Shown here piece after piece: positions 1-14,056 of a stretch of DNA of 64,000 nt. A program made the translations under genes and the position numbers. A model generated the notes under the pieces. The model was not told the origin of the DNA and searched no databases. It was given only the letters and a program-made list of their open reading frames with translations. Origin of the DNA: the human T2T-CHM13v2.0 reference genome, Homo sapiens; assembly GCF_009914755.1 (NCBI RefSeq), contig NC_060938.1, one strand, 5' to 3'. The first letter of the stretch is position 1; each line of letters opens with the position of its first letter.

Positions 1-142
1 ATGACTGGCTTCAAGTTAGCAACGCTCTGTCATTTGAGGAGTGAGAGGTTGGGCAAAAGATTATCCAGTTTGCGGATTACCCAGATTCTAACTCTCATCC
101 CAACCTTAGGGAGTTTAAAAGTCATTTGATTCCTTCAAGAAG

Positions 143-144
<2 letters not shown>

Positions 145-174
<30 letters not shown>
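145..174 (+). repeat. Poly(A) run, 30 nt
   Basis: Uninterrupted A tract; no TSD or parent element visible. Confidence 0.95.
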
Positions 175-176
<2 letters not shown>

Positions 177-649
177 AGAGGAGACAAAATCAGCCTATCT
201 TTATGTTCATTAGTAGAAGTGCTGGGTTAAAAAAGAAGCTGAAACCAACAGCAAAATTCATATTGATGTGAAATATGGATTTGATATACCAGATTCTTAA
301 TTACATAAAATGACAGTGTGCTGAAATATTTATATGGTGAAAATGATTAGATACAATGTCTAATAGGTAAGATAAGTGGTGCAGCATAACCTTTACTTTT
401 AGTCTTGTTTACAGTAAGATAATTTGTTTTAACACAGAAGATATATAAAAGAAGTCAGAAAGACTAAGATAATTTCTGTCACTAGGGGCAGAAAGTTATC
501 AGGAACATGGCAGAGATAAATCTAGGAATGCAAAAAGAAAGGTTACGATGGAAATGGAAACAATAAGCTTTGAGAAGTTCAGGGGCATTTTGAAGACAGT
601 ATTACCAGAGCTGAAGAGTAAATCAATAAAATAAGTTTACCATTCATAG

Positions 650-1440
650 ACTATGGCTGAAATAATTACCCAATGTTATGCTTTTGTAAGAAAGATGATA
701 AGTCCAGAGGGAAGAATTGAGATAAAAGAATCAATAATGAGCAAATTAATTGTTACTTACATGGAGTAAATTAAAATAGGCACTAAATATAAATATTTGC
801 AATAAAATTTGAGGGTAAAAATATAGGAAGAATTATAATGATGTAAAATGTCATTATGATTTGGGAGAGAGAAATTTTAAAAGCATTTAGAATCATCAGC
901 ATGAGGATTTTATCTTTATATACTTGGAAGTTTTAAGTTTAGTTTCATTTGATAAAAGGAAAAAAGCTAATAATGTAAACCTTTCAAATGAGTCATTGGG
1001 ATGTAAGGTTAAGAAAATGTAATAAATTCAGTTGAAGTTCAGAAAACAACATAGAAAAACAAAATAAATAAAAAAGTAATTTATAAATGAGAAAAACAAA
1101 AAAATTGTAGAAATAAACACAATCAGTTCCATAATTCCATTAACTGTAAATGAATTAACATCATAATTTCAAATATCAAGATTAACTGACAAGAAAAAAA
1201 TACAAGGCCAATATGCTTACAGTTAATATATCTCAAACATATTAACACAGAAGAGTTGATCATAAATGGATAGAAAAAATATGTTAGGAAAATATAATGA
1301 GAAAAAACTTGGAGATAATCAATATGATTACTGAAAATAGACTAGTTTATATGCTTAGTTTGAGATGAAAAGAGTCCTTCATAAGATTAATCCTTGATAA
1401 GGATTAGTAAGTCCTTGATAAGTTTAATCTAAGTACATCT
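650..1440 (+). mobile_element. Ancient L1 (L1M-type) ORF1 end, spacer and ORF2 endonuclease start
   Basis: 1120-1345 resembles a degenerate ORF2 N-terminus (taactgtaaatgaattaac ... aaatggatagaaaaaatatg ... gaaaatagac); strongly A-rich. Confidence 0.65.
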
Positions 1441-1451
1441 ATTAGAAAGCA

Positions 1452-1523
1452 CAGTAATCCCCCCTTATCCATGGTTTTACTTTCTGCAGTTTCACTTACC
1501 TGTAGTCTGGAAATATTAAGTGG
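1452..1523 (+). mobile_element. MER44/Tigger7-type DNA transposon 5' end, truncated
   Basis: cagtaatcccccttatccatggttttactttctgcagtttcacttacc...aaatattaagtgg matches the recalled MER44 terminus. Confidence 0.75.
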
Positions 1524-1577
1524 TGTTCCTTTGGCCGTAACAATCAGCAGAGCCTTCTATTTGGCCATCCTGTTCCC
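1521..1577 (-). mobile_element. Extreme 5' end of an L1PBa/L1M-type L1, inverted relative to its continuation at 2653
   Basis: Reverse complement is gggaacaggatggccaaatagaaggctctgctgattgttacggccaaaggaacacca, an L1 start with the YY1-type (a)gatggcc motif. Confidence 0.75.
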
Positions 1578-1908
1578 GATTTCTGTCTGTCTTTTTAGGT
1601 TTTAAGTTATGTTTGGTTATATTCATTTTTCATAACTTATATTTTCATAGATGTCTTAGAAATTTAAGCTGTATGTTTACCAAAAAAATGAAGTGACATT
1701 TCAAAAGCCTGTTGTAACTAGAGGTACAGTTCTATATTGTAATTACTATAGCCTTAAGTTTCTTCTTTATTTTTTATGATAAATATTGTTAAGGGTCTAC
1801 TTATTTGATCAGCACTATTGTTTCCTCACTTCCCATTTTTTTAAGCTTTTATGTTGCTTATTTCCTTATGTGTTATTAGGTTTATTCAATTGTAATTGTC
1901 CTAACTTC

Positions 1909-2208
<300 letters not shown>

Positions 2209-2409
2209 CCTAACTTCCTTATTTAGATAATTCTAATACATGTCCACATGTACACAAGTCTATACATTTATCTAAATCACTTAAACTGCAAACCACTAGT
2301 TTGATACATTGTGTATATTTGCCATTTAGTAATATGTATTTGCTAATTTCTACATAATTTTTCTTTGGCCAGTTGTTATTTAGAATTGTTTCAAAAGGTA
2401 TAGGGTAGG

Positions 2410-2447
2410 GGTGTGCCTGCGTGTGTATGTGTGTGTCTGTGTGTGTT
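2410..2447. repeat. Imperfect (TG)n microsatellite
   Basis: gtgtgcctgcgtgtgtatgtgtgtgtctgtgtgtgt. Confidence 0.85.
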
Positions 2448-2652
2448 TACTCCTTTTTTGTTGGGGAGATGGAAATAATAGTATGCAGTTTGTAAAGTAA
2501 AAACTTTCTATTTTGTCCTATTTCTTTGTAGGTTTCTGTTTTAAAGCTATTAAAATATTACTGTCTCATTTCGTTTGTTTTATATATGGACTTTTAAAAA
2601 ATAAATGATCTATGTGTGCTTGAACAGAAAGTCTTATCTCTAACTTTTTTCT

Positions 2653-3978
2653 GGAACACCAAATTTAACAACTATCTACACACACAATAAGCACATTCAT
2701 AAGACCAAAAATCAGATGAGCACTCACAGCACCTGGTTTTAACTTCACTTCACTGAATAGGCACCAGAGAAGGTAGGAAAGAGACTTGAACTGCCGATGC
2801 CACCCCTCCTCCAAGCCACAACAGCAGCCATATGACACAGAAAATCTGTGCTCTTGGGAGGGGGAGAGCATGGTGACTGTGAGACTTTGCATTAAACTCA
2901 GTGCTGCCCTGTCGCAGTAGAAAGCAAAACTGGGCTAACTCAACTGATGCCTGCCTGTGGAGAGAACGTTTAGACCAGCCCTAACCAGAGGAGAATTGCA
3001 CATGCCAGTGGTTGGAACTTGAGTTCTAACAAACCTTGCCACCATGGCTAAAGGCTCTTGGGGTTCTAAATAAACTTGAAAGGCCGTTTAGGTCACGAGG
3101 ACTGCAACTCCTAGACAAGCCCTAGTGTTGAGCTGGGCTCACAGTCAGTGCACCTGGGGGCACCTGACTTATTGAGACAGCAGTCTGGGTGGCTAAGGGA
3201 CTGCCTATGCCACCTGTCTGCAAACCCCAAGCAGTACAGCTCTTGGCTTCAAAAGAGACTTCTTCCATTCCACGTGAGGAGAGAAGAGGAAAAAGTAAAG
3301 AGTAATTCCTTTTGCATCTTGGATAATAGCTCAGCGACAGTAAGATAGGGCAGTAGGTAGGCTTGTAAGGTTCCCCGCTGCAGGCTTTAGCTGCCAGATG
3401 ACATTTGTAGACACACCTGGTTCAGGAAAGAGATGGCCACATTGAAGGGAAAGACCCAGTTGCGACAGGACCCATTACCTGCTGAATTAAGGGCCCTTGG
3501 GTCCTGTATAATCAGCAGCAATATCCAGGAAATACGCTGTGGACCTTGTGTTAGATTCAGAGATGCTCTGGCTTCAGACAAGACTTAGCATATTTCCAGC
3601 TGTGGTGGCTATGGTGAGAGACTCCCTCTGCTTGAGAAAAGTGGGGCACAAAGTAAAGGGGACTTTGCTTATACCTTAAGTGCAGGTAGAGCACAAAGTG
3701 GGCTCTTGGCTTGCCCAGTTCTAGGTGTTGGCCCTTGGACAGCATTTCTGGACCTGCCCTGGGCAGAGGGGAACCCACTGCCCTGAAGGGTGAGTTCCAG
3801 GCCAGGTAGCATTTACCACAAACTGACTGAAGAGCACTTGGGCCTTAAATCAATGGCCATGATAGACTGGTGTTACTCCCTAAGGGCCTGTGGTGGTGGT
3901 GGTGGCCATGGGGCTAGGGTCCTCTGCCTGTGGAAAGGGGAGGAAAGAGTGGGAAGGTGTATCTTGTGGTTTGAGTGC
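2653..3978 (+). mobile_element. L1 5'UTR (L1PBa/L1M1-2 type)
   Basis: ggaacaccaaatttaacaactatctacac..., cctggttttaacttc and gaacccactgccctgaagggtgag are typical of this 5' end; GC-richer than flanks. Confidence 0.8.
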
Positions 3979-6900
3979 GTATCTTCGTTTGAGAAGTGCC
4001 TGTTCACGTCCTTTGCCCATTTTTAAAATTTTTTTAAAATTTTACTTTAAGATCTGGGATACATGTGCTGAACCTGCAGGTTTGTTACGTAGGTATACTT
4101 GTGCCATGGTGGTTTTTTGCACCTATCAACCCATCATCTAGGTTTTAAGCTCCACATGCATTAGGTATTTGTCCTAATGCTCTCCCCTTTCCCCCAACTC
4201 CCTGTCAGGCCCCGGTTTGTGATGTTCCCCTCATGTGTCCATGTGTTTTCATTGTTCAGCTCCCACTTATGAGTAAGAACATGCAGTGTTTGGTTTTTTG
4301 TTACTGTGTTAGTTTGCTGAGGATGGTGGTTTCCAGCTTCATCCATGTACCTGCAAAGGACATGAACTCATTCTTTTTATGGCTGCATAGTATTTCATGG
4401 TGCATATGTGCCACATTTTCTTTACCCAGTCTTTCATTGATGGCTTTGCCCATTTTTTAATAAGGTTGTTTGTTTTTGCCTGTTGATTTAAGTACATTAT
4501 AGATTGTGGATATTAAACCTTGCACAGTTCACAAATATTTTTTCCCATTCTGTAGGTTGCCTGTTTGCTTTATTAATAGCTAGCATTTTGTTGAGGATTG
4601 ATTGTTACCTTTATGTTCATCAGTGATATTAGCCTGAAGTTGTGTCTCTGCCAGATTTTGGTATCAGAATGATACTGGCCTCATACAATGAGTTAGGAAG
4701 AGTCCCTCCTTCTTGACTTTTTGAAATATTTTTTAGTATGTTGGTACCAGCTCTCCTTTATTTGTCTGGTAGAATTCAGTAATGAATCTGTCTGGTCCAG
4801 GACTTTTTGTGTTTGGTAGGCTTTTTATTACTGATTCAATTTTGGAACTTATTATTGATCTGTTCATGCATTCAATGCCTTCCTGGTTCAATTTTGGGAG
4901 GTTATGTTTCCAGGAACTTATTTATTTCTTCTAAGTTTTCTAGTTTGTGTACACAGAGGAGTTTGTAATCATCTCTGAGGTGTTTTGTTTTGTTTTGTTT
5001 TGTTTTCCCTGTGGGATTGGCAGTAATGTCACCTTTGTCATTTCTGATTGTGTTTATTTGGACCTTCTCTCATTTTTTCCTTATTTGTCTAGCTAGTGGT
5101 CTATAAATTGTATTTGTTCTTTTAAAGAACCAAATGTTATTTTTGCTGATGTTTTGTATAGATTTTCACATCTCAAGTTCATTCAGTTCAGCTCTGGTTT
5201 TGTGTTATCTTTTGTCTTCTAGCTTAGGAGTTAGTTTGCTCTTCTTTCTCCAGTTCTTGTCAGTGTGATGTTAGGTTGCTTATTTTTTCTAATTTTTTGA
5301 TGTAGGCATTTAGCACTGTAAACTTTCCTCTTAACACTGCTTTAGCTGTGTCTCAGAGATTCAGGAATGTTGTGTCTCTGTTTTCATTAGTTTAAAAAAT
5401 TTCATGATTTCTGCCTTAATTTCATTCTTTACCCAAAAGTCATTCAGGATCAGGTTGTGTAATTTCCATATAATTGTATGGTTTTGAGAAATCTTAGAAT
5501 TGAGTTCTATCGTTATTGCGCTATGAGTGTGATTGATGTGGTTCTGTTTTTATTATTATTATTATTTTTTGAGAATTGCTTTAGGGCCAAGCATGAGGTT
5601 GATCTTAGAGTATGTGGTATGTGCAGATGAGAAGAATGTATGTTCTATTGTTGAGTGTAGTGTTCTGTAAAAGTCTATTAGGTCCATTTGGACAAGTGTC
5701 AAGTTTAGGTACTGAATATCTTTGTTAGTTTTCTGCCTTGATGATCTGTCTAAAATTGTCAGTGTAGTGTTGAAATCTTCCACTATTATTGTGTGGTTAT
5801 ATATGTCTCTTCATGAGTCTCTAAGAACTTGTTTAAGAACTTGGGTGCTCCAGTGTTGGGTGCATATATATTTACAATAGTTAAGTTTTCTTGTTGCATT
5901 AAACCTTCTGTCATTATGTAATGCCCTTCTTTGTCCTTTTTGGTCATTGTTGTTTTAAAGTATCTTTTTTTCTGAAATAAGAATAGCAACCACTGTTCTT
6001 TTTTGTTTTCCATTTGCTTGATAGATCTTTCTCTATCCTTTTACTATGAGCCTGTAGGTACCCTTTCATGTGAGATGGATCTGTCAAAGACAGCATTACA
6101 GTTGGGTCTTGCTTCTTTATCCAACTCGCCACTGTGTCTTTTAAGCAAGGCATTTAGCCCATTTACCTTTAAGGTTATTTACTGATATGCAAGCTTTTGA
6201 TCCTGTTATCATGTTGTTACTTGGTTATGTAGACTAGATTATGCTTTACAGTGACAGTGGGCTATGCACTTAAGTGTGTTTTTGTGGTGGTAGGTAATGG
6301 TTTTTCATTTCAATGTTTAGCACTCCCTTAAGGACTTCTTATAAGGCAGGTCTCATGATAATTCCCCCAGTGTTTGCTTATGAAAAAAGTATTTTATTTC
6401 TCCCTTTGTTATGAAGATCGATTTGGCTGAATATGAAATTCTTGGTTGGGATTTCTTTTCTTTAAGGATGCTGAATATAGGTCCTCAATCTCTTCTAGCT
6501 TCTAAAATTTCTGCTAGTAGGTCCACTGTTTGCCTGATGAAGTTCTCTTGGTATGAGACCTGCCCATTCTCTCTAGCTACCATTACTATTTTTTCTTTTT
6601 TGTTGCCCTTGGAAAATCTGATGCCTATGTATCTTGCTTGTTCTCTCTCCCTCTCTTTCTGGGATGCCAATGTGTTTTAGGCTTGGTCTCTTTACATAAT
6701 TCCATATTTCTCAGAAGATTTGTTCATTTGTTAAAATTCTCCTCTTTAAATTTTTGTCTTACTAAGTTACTATGAAGAACTGGTCTTTGAGCTGTAAGAT
6801 TCTCTTCTCAGCTTAGACTCTTCTCGTGTTGATACTTCTGATTGTATTTTGGTATTCTTGTAGTGAGTTTTTCAGCTCTAGAAATCATTTTGGTTCTTTC

Positions 6901-8380
6901 CTAAAATGGCTATTTCATCTTTTAGTTCTTATGTATTTTATAGGATTCCTTGGGTTCCATGGATTGTGTTTCTACTTTCTTTTGAATCTCAGTGATCCTC
7001 ATTTCCATCCAGATTATGAATTCAGTATCTGTCGTTTCACCTATTTCAGTCTGGTTTAAAACCATTTTCGGGGAGCTAGTGTGATCATTTGGAGGTAAGC
7101 AGCCATTCTAGCTTTTAGAGTTGCCAGAGTTCTTGTGCTGGTTCTTTCTCATCTGTGTGAGCTAATGCTCCTTTAATGTTTGAAGTTGCTGTCCTTTGGA
7201 TGAGGCTTTTTGCTTTTATACTTTTTGATGCCCTTGAGGACTTGACTGTGGTATAAGTTGGGTTTGGTCAATTGGCTTTGTTTCTGGATGATTCAGGAGG
7301 CCAAGGCTTAGCTCAGCACTCCCGGGCTGCATGCCATTACCCTATGGGGCTGGAACCAGGCATGTGGCTTTGTTTTCTGGTTCTTTGAGCTTAAGCACCT
7401 GTTGTACTGGAGGGGCTGAGGTGTTCCCAGTCCACTGGTAACAGCATTCTGATATGTCTGATATTGGGTACCCACACATGTGCTTCAGCAGGGCAGTAGC
7501 AGGATGACTGGGGTTCCCTCCCACACATGTGCGTACTGACATCAGGGCAGAGATGTGTCCTGTGTTCACATATGTGTGCACCAGTGACAGGGTGGTGATG
7601 GGGTGAGCATACACATGCATACCAGTGAAGCTGTGGCCTGGGTGTTGGGGGAGCCTGCTAGTGGGTGCATGCCAGCAAAGGCCTACCTGCAGAAGCTCTT
7701 TGACTTTTAGGCAGGGTCTTCTGGTGAAAGGGCTATGGCAGTGGCCATTGGCAAAGACGTTGGCTGGTCAGCCAAGGCTGTGCTCCAAGCAGGTGTGGCT
7801 AGGAAGGGAGCCTGGGACAGGCAAGGACATGGTGGGGTGTTCAGATCAGACTGGCCCTGTTCTACAGGCAAGAAAGCCTGGCTCTGTCCATGTCCAGCAG
7901 CCAACAAATGCTAAAGCCACCTAGAGAATTGTGAGCCTTCAAGAATGGACTCCCATGGCCATGCTCCACTGCAGCCACTCCTACACCCAACTCTGTGGGC
8001 TCCATGCAGGCTGGCGTTCTGTCTGAAAACTCTCTGGGAAGTTCTCCCTACCTGCTCAAATGTCTGTGGGGATCATGAGGTCTCCTGCAGCTATGATTCC
8101 AGAGGTCTGTGGCAAGAGTGGACCACTCTATACCTCCTTTACTCACCCCTTCCCTAGGATGTGCTCAGGGCCAGGAATACATTCTGGTGCTCAGCAACCC
8201 CATACAGGGTTCCCAGCTTCCTCTCCTTTCAGCCTGGGGTCTGCACCTTCCCTCTGTCCACTTTCAATTCCATCTTTCCAAAGACATGTTTCGAGTGTGC
8301 TGGTTCTCTTGATGATGTGGTCTCATGGTGGGAGAAGTTCTTTCTGTCCTCATGTATTCAGCCATCTAGGCTCTTCTCTC
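3979..8380 (-). mobile_element. L1 (L1PA15-16/L1PB-age) with 5'UTR, ORF1 and ORF2 endonuclease; large internal ORF2 deletion near 4585; 3' end missing
   Basis: Minus ORFs give ORF2 EN peptides (WIKKQDPT, KKDKEGHYIM, NIYAPNTGAP, DFNTTLTILDRSSRQK) and ORF1 (IRQTVDLLAEILEARRD); 5' start gagcctagatggctgaata near 8355-8375. Confidence 0.92.
4027..4443 (-). mobile_element. 5'-truncated L1PA 3' end nested in the older L1
   Basis: L1PA 3'UTR antisense; TSD ctttgcccattttt(t)aa at 4011-4026 and 4444-4460. Confidence 0.93.
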
Positions 8381-8394
8381 TTGAATATATATTT

Positions 8395-8760
8395 GATAAC
8401 ATTTTAGAATGAAATTCTTCCATTGAAAAGCAATTTGGAAAATATAGTTAGGTTGAAATATATATCTTAAAACATAGCAATTTCACTTTCAGATATATTA
8501 CCTACAGAAACATGTATATTGTATGAGATGTGTAAAAAACGATTCAGGCAAATTTTGTATAATCACCTTAGGGAGAAGAAAAATGGCATTAAGTAGGATT
8601 ATTCAGCATCCTCAAATATATCCATATTTTTTTAAATATAAGTACATTATGCAAATATGGTAAAATTCTATGATTTGTTAAAATTTATTTAGGAGTAACT
8701 GTTGTTCATTATGTTTCTATTCCTGTATATTTGAAGTAATATATTACTAAAGATAATTTG
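8395..8760 (+). mobile_element. Ancient L1ME 3' fragment
   Basis: gaaaagcaatttggaaaatat...agcaatttcactttcagatatattacctacagaaa motif. Confidence 0.55.
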
Positions 8761-9179
8761 AAAGGATAAAAGCATGCTTCTTTGAGCGAGGTTATAATAT
8801 ATTATACATAACATATTAACTCATCCTCATTTCTAAGTGTTTTGCAAAACAGAAATATATGGGAGTAGGATTCCAGAATCTGGAGCGGACTTTAGGGTAA
8901 TGAACAAAGTGAGTTGATTCTGCAGTGGGAGAAGACAGCGAGTTGACCTTTGTCCATCTGTCACCTCATATGTGCCTTGTATCCGAAACGAGATTCTCGT
9001 GTTCCATGTCCTACATTCTGGGCAGGCCACGATTCATGTTCCAGAATGTAGGAACTTGGGAAATGCTAGGAGTCATGGAGAACACCAAGTAAGGGTGGAC
9101 ACCGGTCCACCCCAGAACACCAGTTGCTGAGGTACCCTGTCTAGTAGATTGACCCATGCTTCTCCTTTTCTCACCAAAA

Positions 9180-10125
9180 AGAAAGGAAGGAAGAGAGGAA
9201 GGGAGAAAGAGATCACATGAAATTAAAAAAAAACATATCAAGCCCTGTGATAATTTTCCTTCCCACCCCAGTACAAAAAGAAGCACGGGACATCTGACAA
9301 TTAATCTCACCTATTATGATAAGCACCCAGTAGAGAATACAAAATATCTAAGAAGTAATGCACTAGAAGAAAAAGTGAAAGTAGAAAAAGTAAAGAACTT
9401 GCACCAGAAGAATTAAATCCTTTAGAACAAACAGGATTCAGAAGTAATTATATCAATATGTTCAGAAAAATGGAGATATCACCTTTAAAAGCATTCAGAT
9501 GTGAAGGAGGAAGAGATTATTATGAAATGATTATCAAGAAGAAATTCTAGAAATTGTATGTGTGTGTGGGTACCTGACCATATATGCAGACTTTTCAAAA
9601 TGATACATTTAGCAGATGGGAAGAATTGCAGTGCAGTATAGACATAGCTGAAGAGGGGATTAGCAAGCAGAAAGATAGAGCTGAAAATATTTTAGAATGG
9701 ATCACAAACCTATAAATGGAGGAAATTAAGAAAAAAAAACCCACCACGGTAAGAAGTATGATTTAGAATTTCTGATTATTCTCTTTTAGGAATAGGCATT
9801 CCAGAGGGAGAAAACACAGCAAGTAGAAGGCAGAAAGTATTTATAAAAAAACAATTGGGAAATCATTTTAATTGACTTATGGAAGATATAAACATTTAGA
9901 CTAAGATGACTCACTGAATGCAAAGCAAAATGAATAAGAAAGTAACAGAAAAAATACACCTATGCCATTGTAGTGAAATTTCAGAAAATTAACAGAAATG
10001 CCTGGAGAGAAAAATATGAAACCCTGCAAAGAAATAAGCATCACAGTGAAGTCAGATTTCTCATTCCAAACTTAAGAAAAGGAGACAATGGAGCAAATTA
10101 CATTCAAAATGAGAAATGATGAACA
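9180..10125 (+). mobile_element. Ancient L1/HAL1 ORF1-like region
   Basis: gaaattctagaaattg, tagacatagctgaagaggggattagc, aataggcattccagagggagaaaa and tagtgaaatttcagaa resemble L1M ORF1. Confidence 0.6.
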
Positions 10126-10997
10126 TTGAAGAGGAGTAGATTAGGGACAATAAATATTCACAAATCCATTGCTATTTTTCAGTAATATTGGTAGAGGCAG
10201 ATGAATCTTGTTAAGAAAACAATCTAAATGTCTTAGAATCTGCACTAATTTCCTCTGTATTAAAAAAAATCCATATCTCCTGTTAAAGTCATAAACTACT
10301 AAATTTATTTAGATAAGGGAAAGAATATTTTTCATTTTTAAAACACAATTCTATGAGCTTAATGATCAGTCTTACCAGAAGCTGGATAGAAATCTCATGC
10401 ATTTTGCATGATTACATTCAAAACACAGTTTGGATAATTGGACCATTCAAAATGATTTAAAGTGGCTTGACAAATTCTGTCTTAAGTTTTATAGGAGCAA
10501 ACTATTCCTTATTCATGATAGACTTACTAATTAGAATGCTTCTGAGACAGAAAATCATCTGGAAATACTCTTTCTATATCTGCAAATGTATTTCTGCCAT
10601 TTTTACTTTGGAACAAAGTAAATAATTTGCTATTAATTATGACCAATTTCAAATTCTGGAAATTCACATGATTTTATTCAATGATCTAATTTGCATGTTT
10701 TGGCCAAAGACAAGAAGCCTCCGCCAGATTTAAAACAAGGACAAAAGCAGAGTCTAATATCATCAACTCCACAAAACACAAGCAATATTGTTTGGATAAA
10801 GCATAAAGTTGCCTTTGATCTTTAGTGGGCATATTAAGCAATTTCCTTGCATTCAAAATAGGTAATTTTGCATTATTTCCTGTACTAAATATAAATTTCT
10901 AAACCATTTGCTTGCATGTATAGAAGCATATTATTAATAATATTTATACTTGGAAAGCCAGGGAAGAGCCCTTAAATTTTCATTTTTATGTTTGGTA

Positions 10998-11225
10998 AAT
11001 CAGTAGTATGACTACAGTAAACAATAATTTATTGAATATTTTAAAATAGCTAGTAGAGATTAATTTCAATGTTTGTAGCATAAAGGAAAGATAAACATTT
11101 AAGGTGATGAATATTTAAATTATCATCATTTGATTATTGCACATTATACAAACATATCAAAATATTACATGCACCCCTCCAAAATATCCACATTTATTAT
11201 GTATCAATAAAAACAAAATATAAAC
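10998..11225 (+). mobile_element. L1MA 3' end
   Basis: gactacagtaaacaataatttattg...aaaatagctag...ggtgatg...tatgtatcaataaaaac. Confidence 0.85.
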
Positions 11226-11519
11226 AAGGAAACCTTTTATGTTGAACTTCATGTTTCAGTAAGTCTATGAGAGAATGTACTATATCTTAATAAGAAGAAA
11301 TTATATGCCATGTTAAAAATAAATACACTTTAGACAAGTTGCCTCCTTTTGAGTGGAGAGTACATTATTTATACAAAAAAAACTCTTAATGTTTACTAAG
11401 CTATGGAAATAACATTTAGAGAAACTAAAAGCTAGTTTTAATAAGGGTTTATGGCTTCTTTCTGCTGGTCGATGAATCATACATTTACTTATATTAGAAC
11501 ATGTGAATCTTTATTGATT

Positions 11520-11960
11520 ATGCTATGGCACTAATTTCAAAATAGGGATTTCAATTTGCATTTGTTTTTGAAAGTAATACAGGTATATTATATAAATAAG
11601 TAGAAAAAATCCCATTCTAAATCATCCAACATTCTTATTGAAAATGAATTTACTAAGAATTTAAAATACTGGGATTTCAGATATCCTATATTTTCTCATC
11701 ATGTTAAATCATAAGCCATTCATTTTGTTCTTGAAGATACTTTTAAGTAGGTAAGCAGTAAATTTTATCAAATGTCTTTTTTGCATCTAACAAAAAAAGA
11801 TCTAGTCATTTTTAAAAACTTGGTATGCATTCTATATTAATAGTTTTTAAATATTGAATTATTCTTTCCTGTTTATAATAAATATAACTTAGCAATAGTT
11901 TTTTGTTCTTTTAATTTGTTGCTATTCTTGACTTTAAGAACTTTGTAGTCAGTTTATGAG
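11520..11960 (-). mobile_element. Ancient L1M fragments
   Basis: aattttatcaaatgtcttttttgcatcta, atattgaattattc resemble antisense ORF2. Confidence 0.4.
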
Positions 11961-11999
11961 ACGCACACATACAACCAAATGCAATTTAATGTTCTGGTT

Positions 12000-12780
12000 G
12001 CTATGATAGTATTTTGTAAAAGCCAATATGAAAGATAAAAGGGAGAGGAGGCTGACAACACCCAAACCTAATTATCAATCAATGGGATGGCTAGACATAA
12101 CCTGCCTTGTGACATGGTGGAATAGAAAGTACATAGCAATGTCTGTGTAGTAGTCTTAGTTTAAAGAATAAAGCAGAAAAAAGAACTTCATCCTCACCAC
12201 CCCTTCAATGATAGAGTGCATGGGGGATAAATGGACAATTTAGACAACACGAGAAGCAACCATTCGGTCAAATTCAGAATATGAACATTAAGTCCAAATG
12301 ATATTTAAATTGAGTTGTTTAAAAACACACCTTGAAGAAAGACATGGCATGAACCATGGAGGGTTGTTAAGGAATAAAGATTTACAAAACTACAAGTAAG
12401 ACATTATGTATGTACCTTGTCTGATGCTAATTTAAACAAATCAACCATAAAGAGGCATTTAGAAGTCAGTCTTGAAAATCTGAATGGAGTCTAGGCATTA
12501 AGAAATTAATTGTGATGTGTAATAATAGCACCTGGGATGTATTTTTTAAAGTTGCTATAAAAATACTTAAGAATGAAAGGTAAAAGAATGGTTGTATTAG
12601 ATTTGTTTTAAAACATCAAGCTATAACACTGATATAGAAAATATTGATAAAATAAAATTGGCAAAATGTTATATTTATTGGAACCACGTTATGAGTACAT
12701 TGGGTTTCATTATACTGTTTTCTCTCATTTTTTGGATATTTAAAAATTTTTCAGGATAAAATTTTCAAAATAAATATAAA
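12000..12780 (+). mobile_element. L1MC/ME 3'UTR
   Basis: aaattggcaaaatgttatatttattgg...gtacattgggtttcattatactgttttctc...aaaaatttttcaggataaaa. Confidence 0.65.
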
Positions 12781-13687
12781 CTAACAGACCTGAGGGAGGG
12801 GTAAGCATCTGCACTCAAAGAATAAGGAAACATTTTCTCATAGTGTTAAAAATATTGTTTATTTAAATGGACATTATTTTGTAATCTGCTGCTAAAACCC
12901 ATGCCATGCTATATAGAATCACTGCTATGTGCTATATGAAAATAAATTTTGAAAAGATACTATCCAGACTTTATACAAATAGCATTCAAAAGATCTCACT
13001 CAGAACTCTTGTCTTGATTATAAAATGCAATTTTGTTCTATTTATTATGCACTATGGAGAAAAGACATAACAATTGGAGAGCTGTTTTCTCCCCATTAGT
13101 GTTAACACAGATAAAATATTTATTTTTTATGTTTTAATAAAAAGTATATATAAAATAACAACTAAACATTATTATGTTTTTTTGGTAGCAAATATAACTC
13201 CATCTGAAACAATGTAGGCAAGAAAAAGTAAACTTCACATGTAAAGGAATATATTCAATATTAAAAATGGATTTACACTTATCTTTTAAAAAAATTAGGT
13301 TTTCAGGTCCAGGAGAAAAAACAGACCCAGCAATTGTGCTAAAATAAAACTTTTTCTAGGAAACAACTTCAAAAAGATATATTTCTATGACTTGTTTTCT
13401 CTGTCTAATCAGTGAATTTATAAGACGTTCTTCTGCTATCACCTGATGAAGAGAGCATTATAAACTTTCCCGATATGAGGCAGAGGTTTTCTGTACCATG
13501 ACGCCGTCTGTGTTGAGCGAACCATTGGAAAGTGTGAGAGAGCTAGAGAATGGCCATCTATCTTGTTTGCCATCCTTTTTTTTTTTTAGAAAGTTGGCAC
13601 TGCTAGAACAGCAAGAGAAGAGAAAGAGGCAAGAAGGAAGGTATAAGAAATAATCCATCAAATAAAAAGAACGAATGAACCAGGTAG

Positions 13688-14056
<369 letters not shown>

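Noticed and set aside
145-174. Poly(A) as the tail of a processed pseudogene
   Set aside because: No canonical AATAAA at proper spacing, no TSD and no recognisable parent within the window.
10376-10541. Minus-strand exon-like segment (ttttctgtctcag ... ctg|gtaaga)
   Set aside because: Stops in all three frames; such pseudo-exons are common and nothing else supports it.
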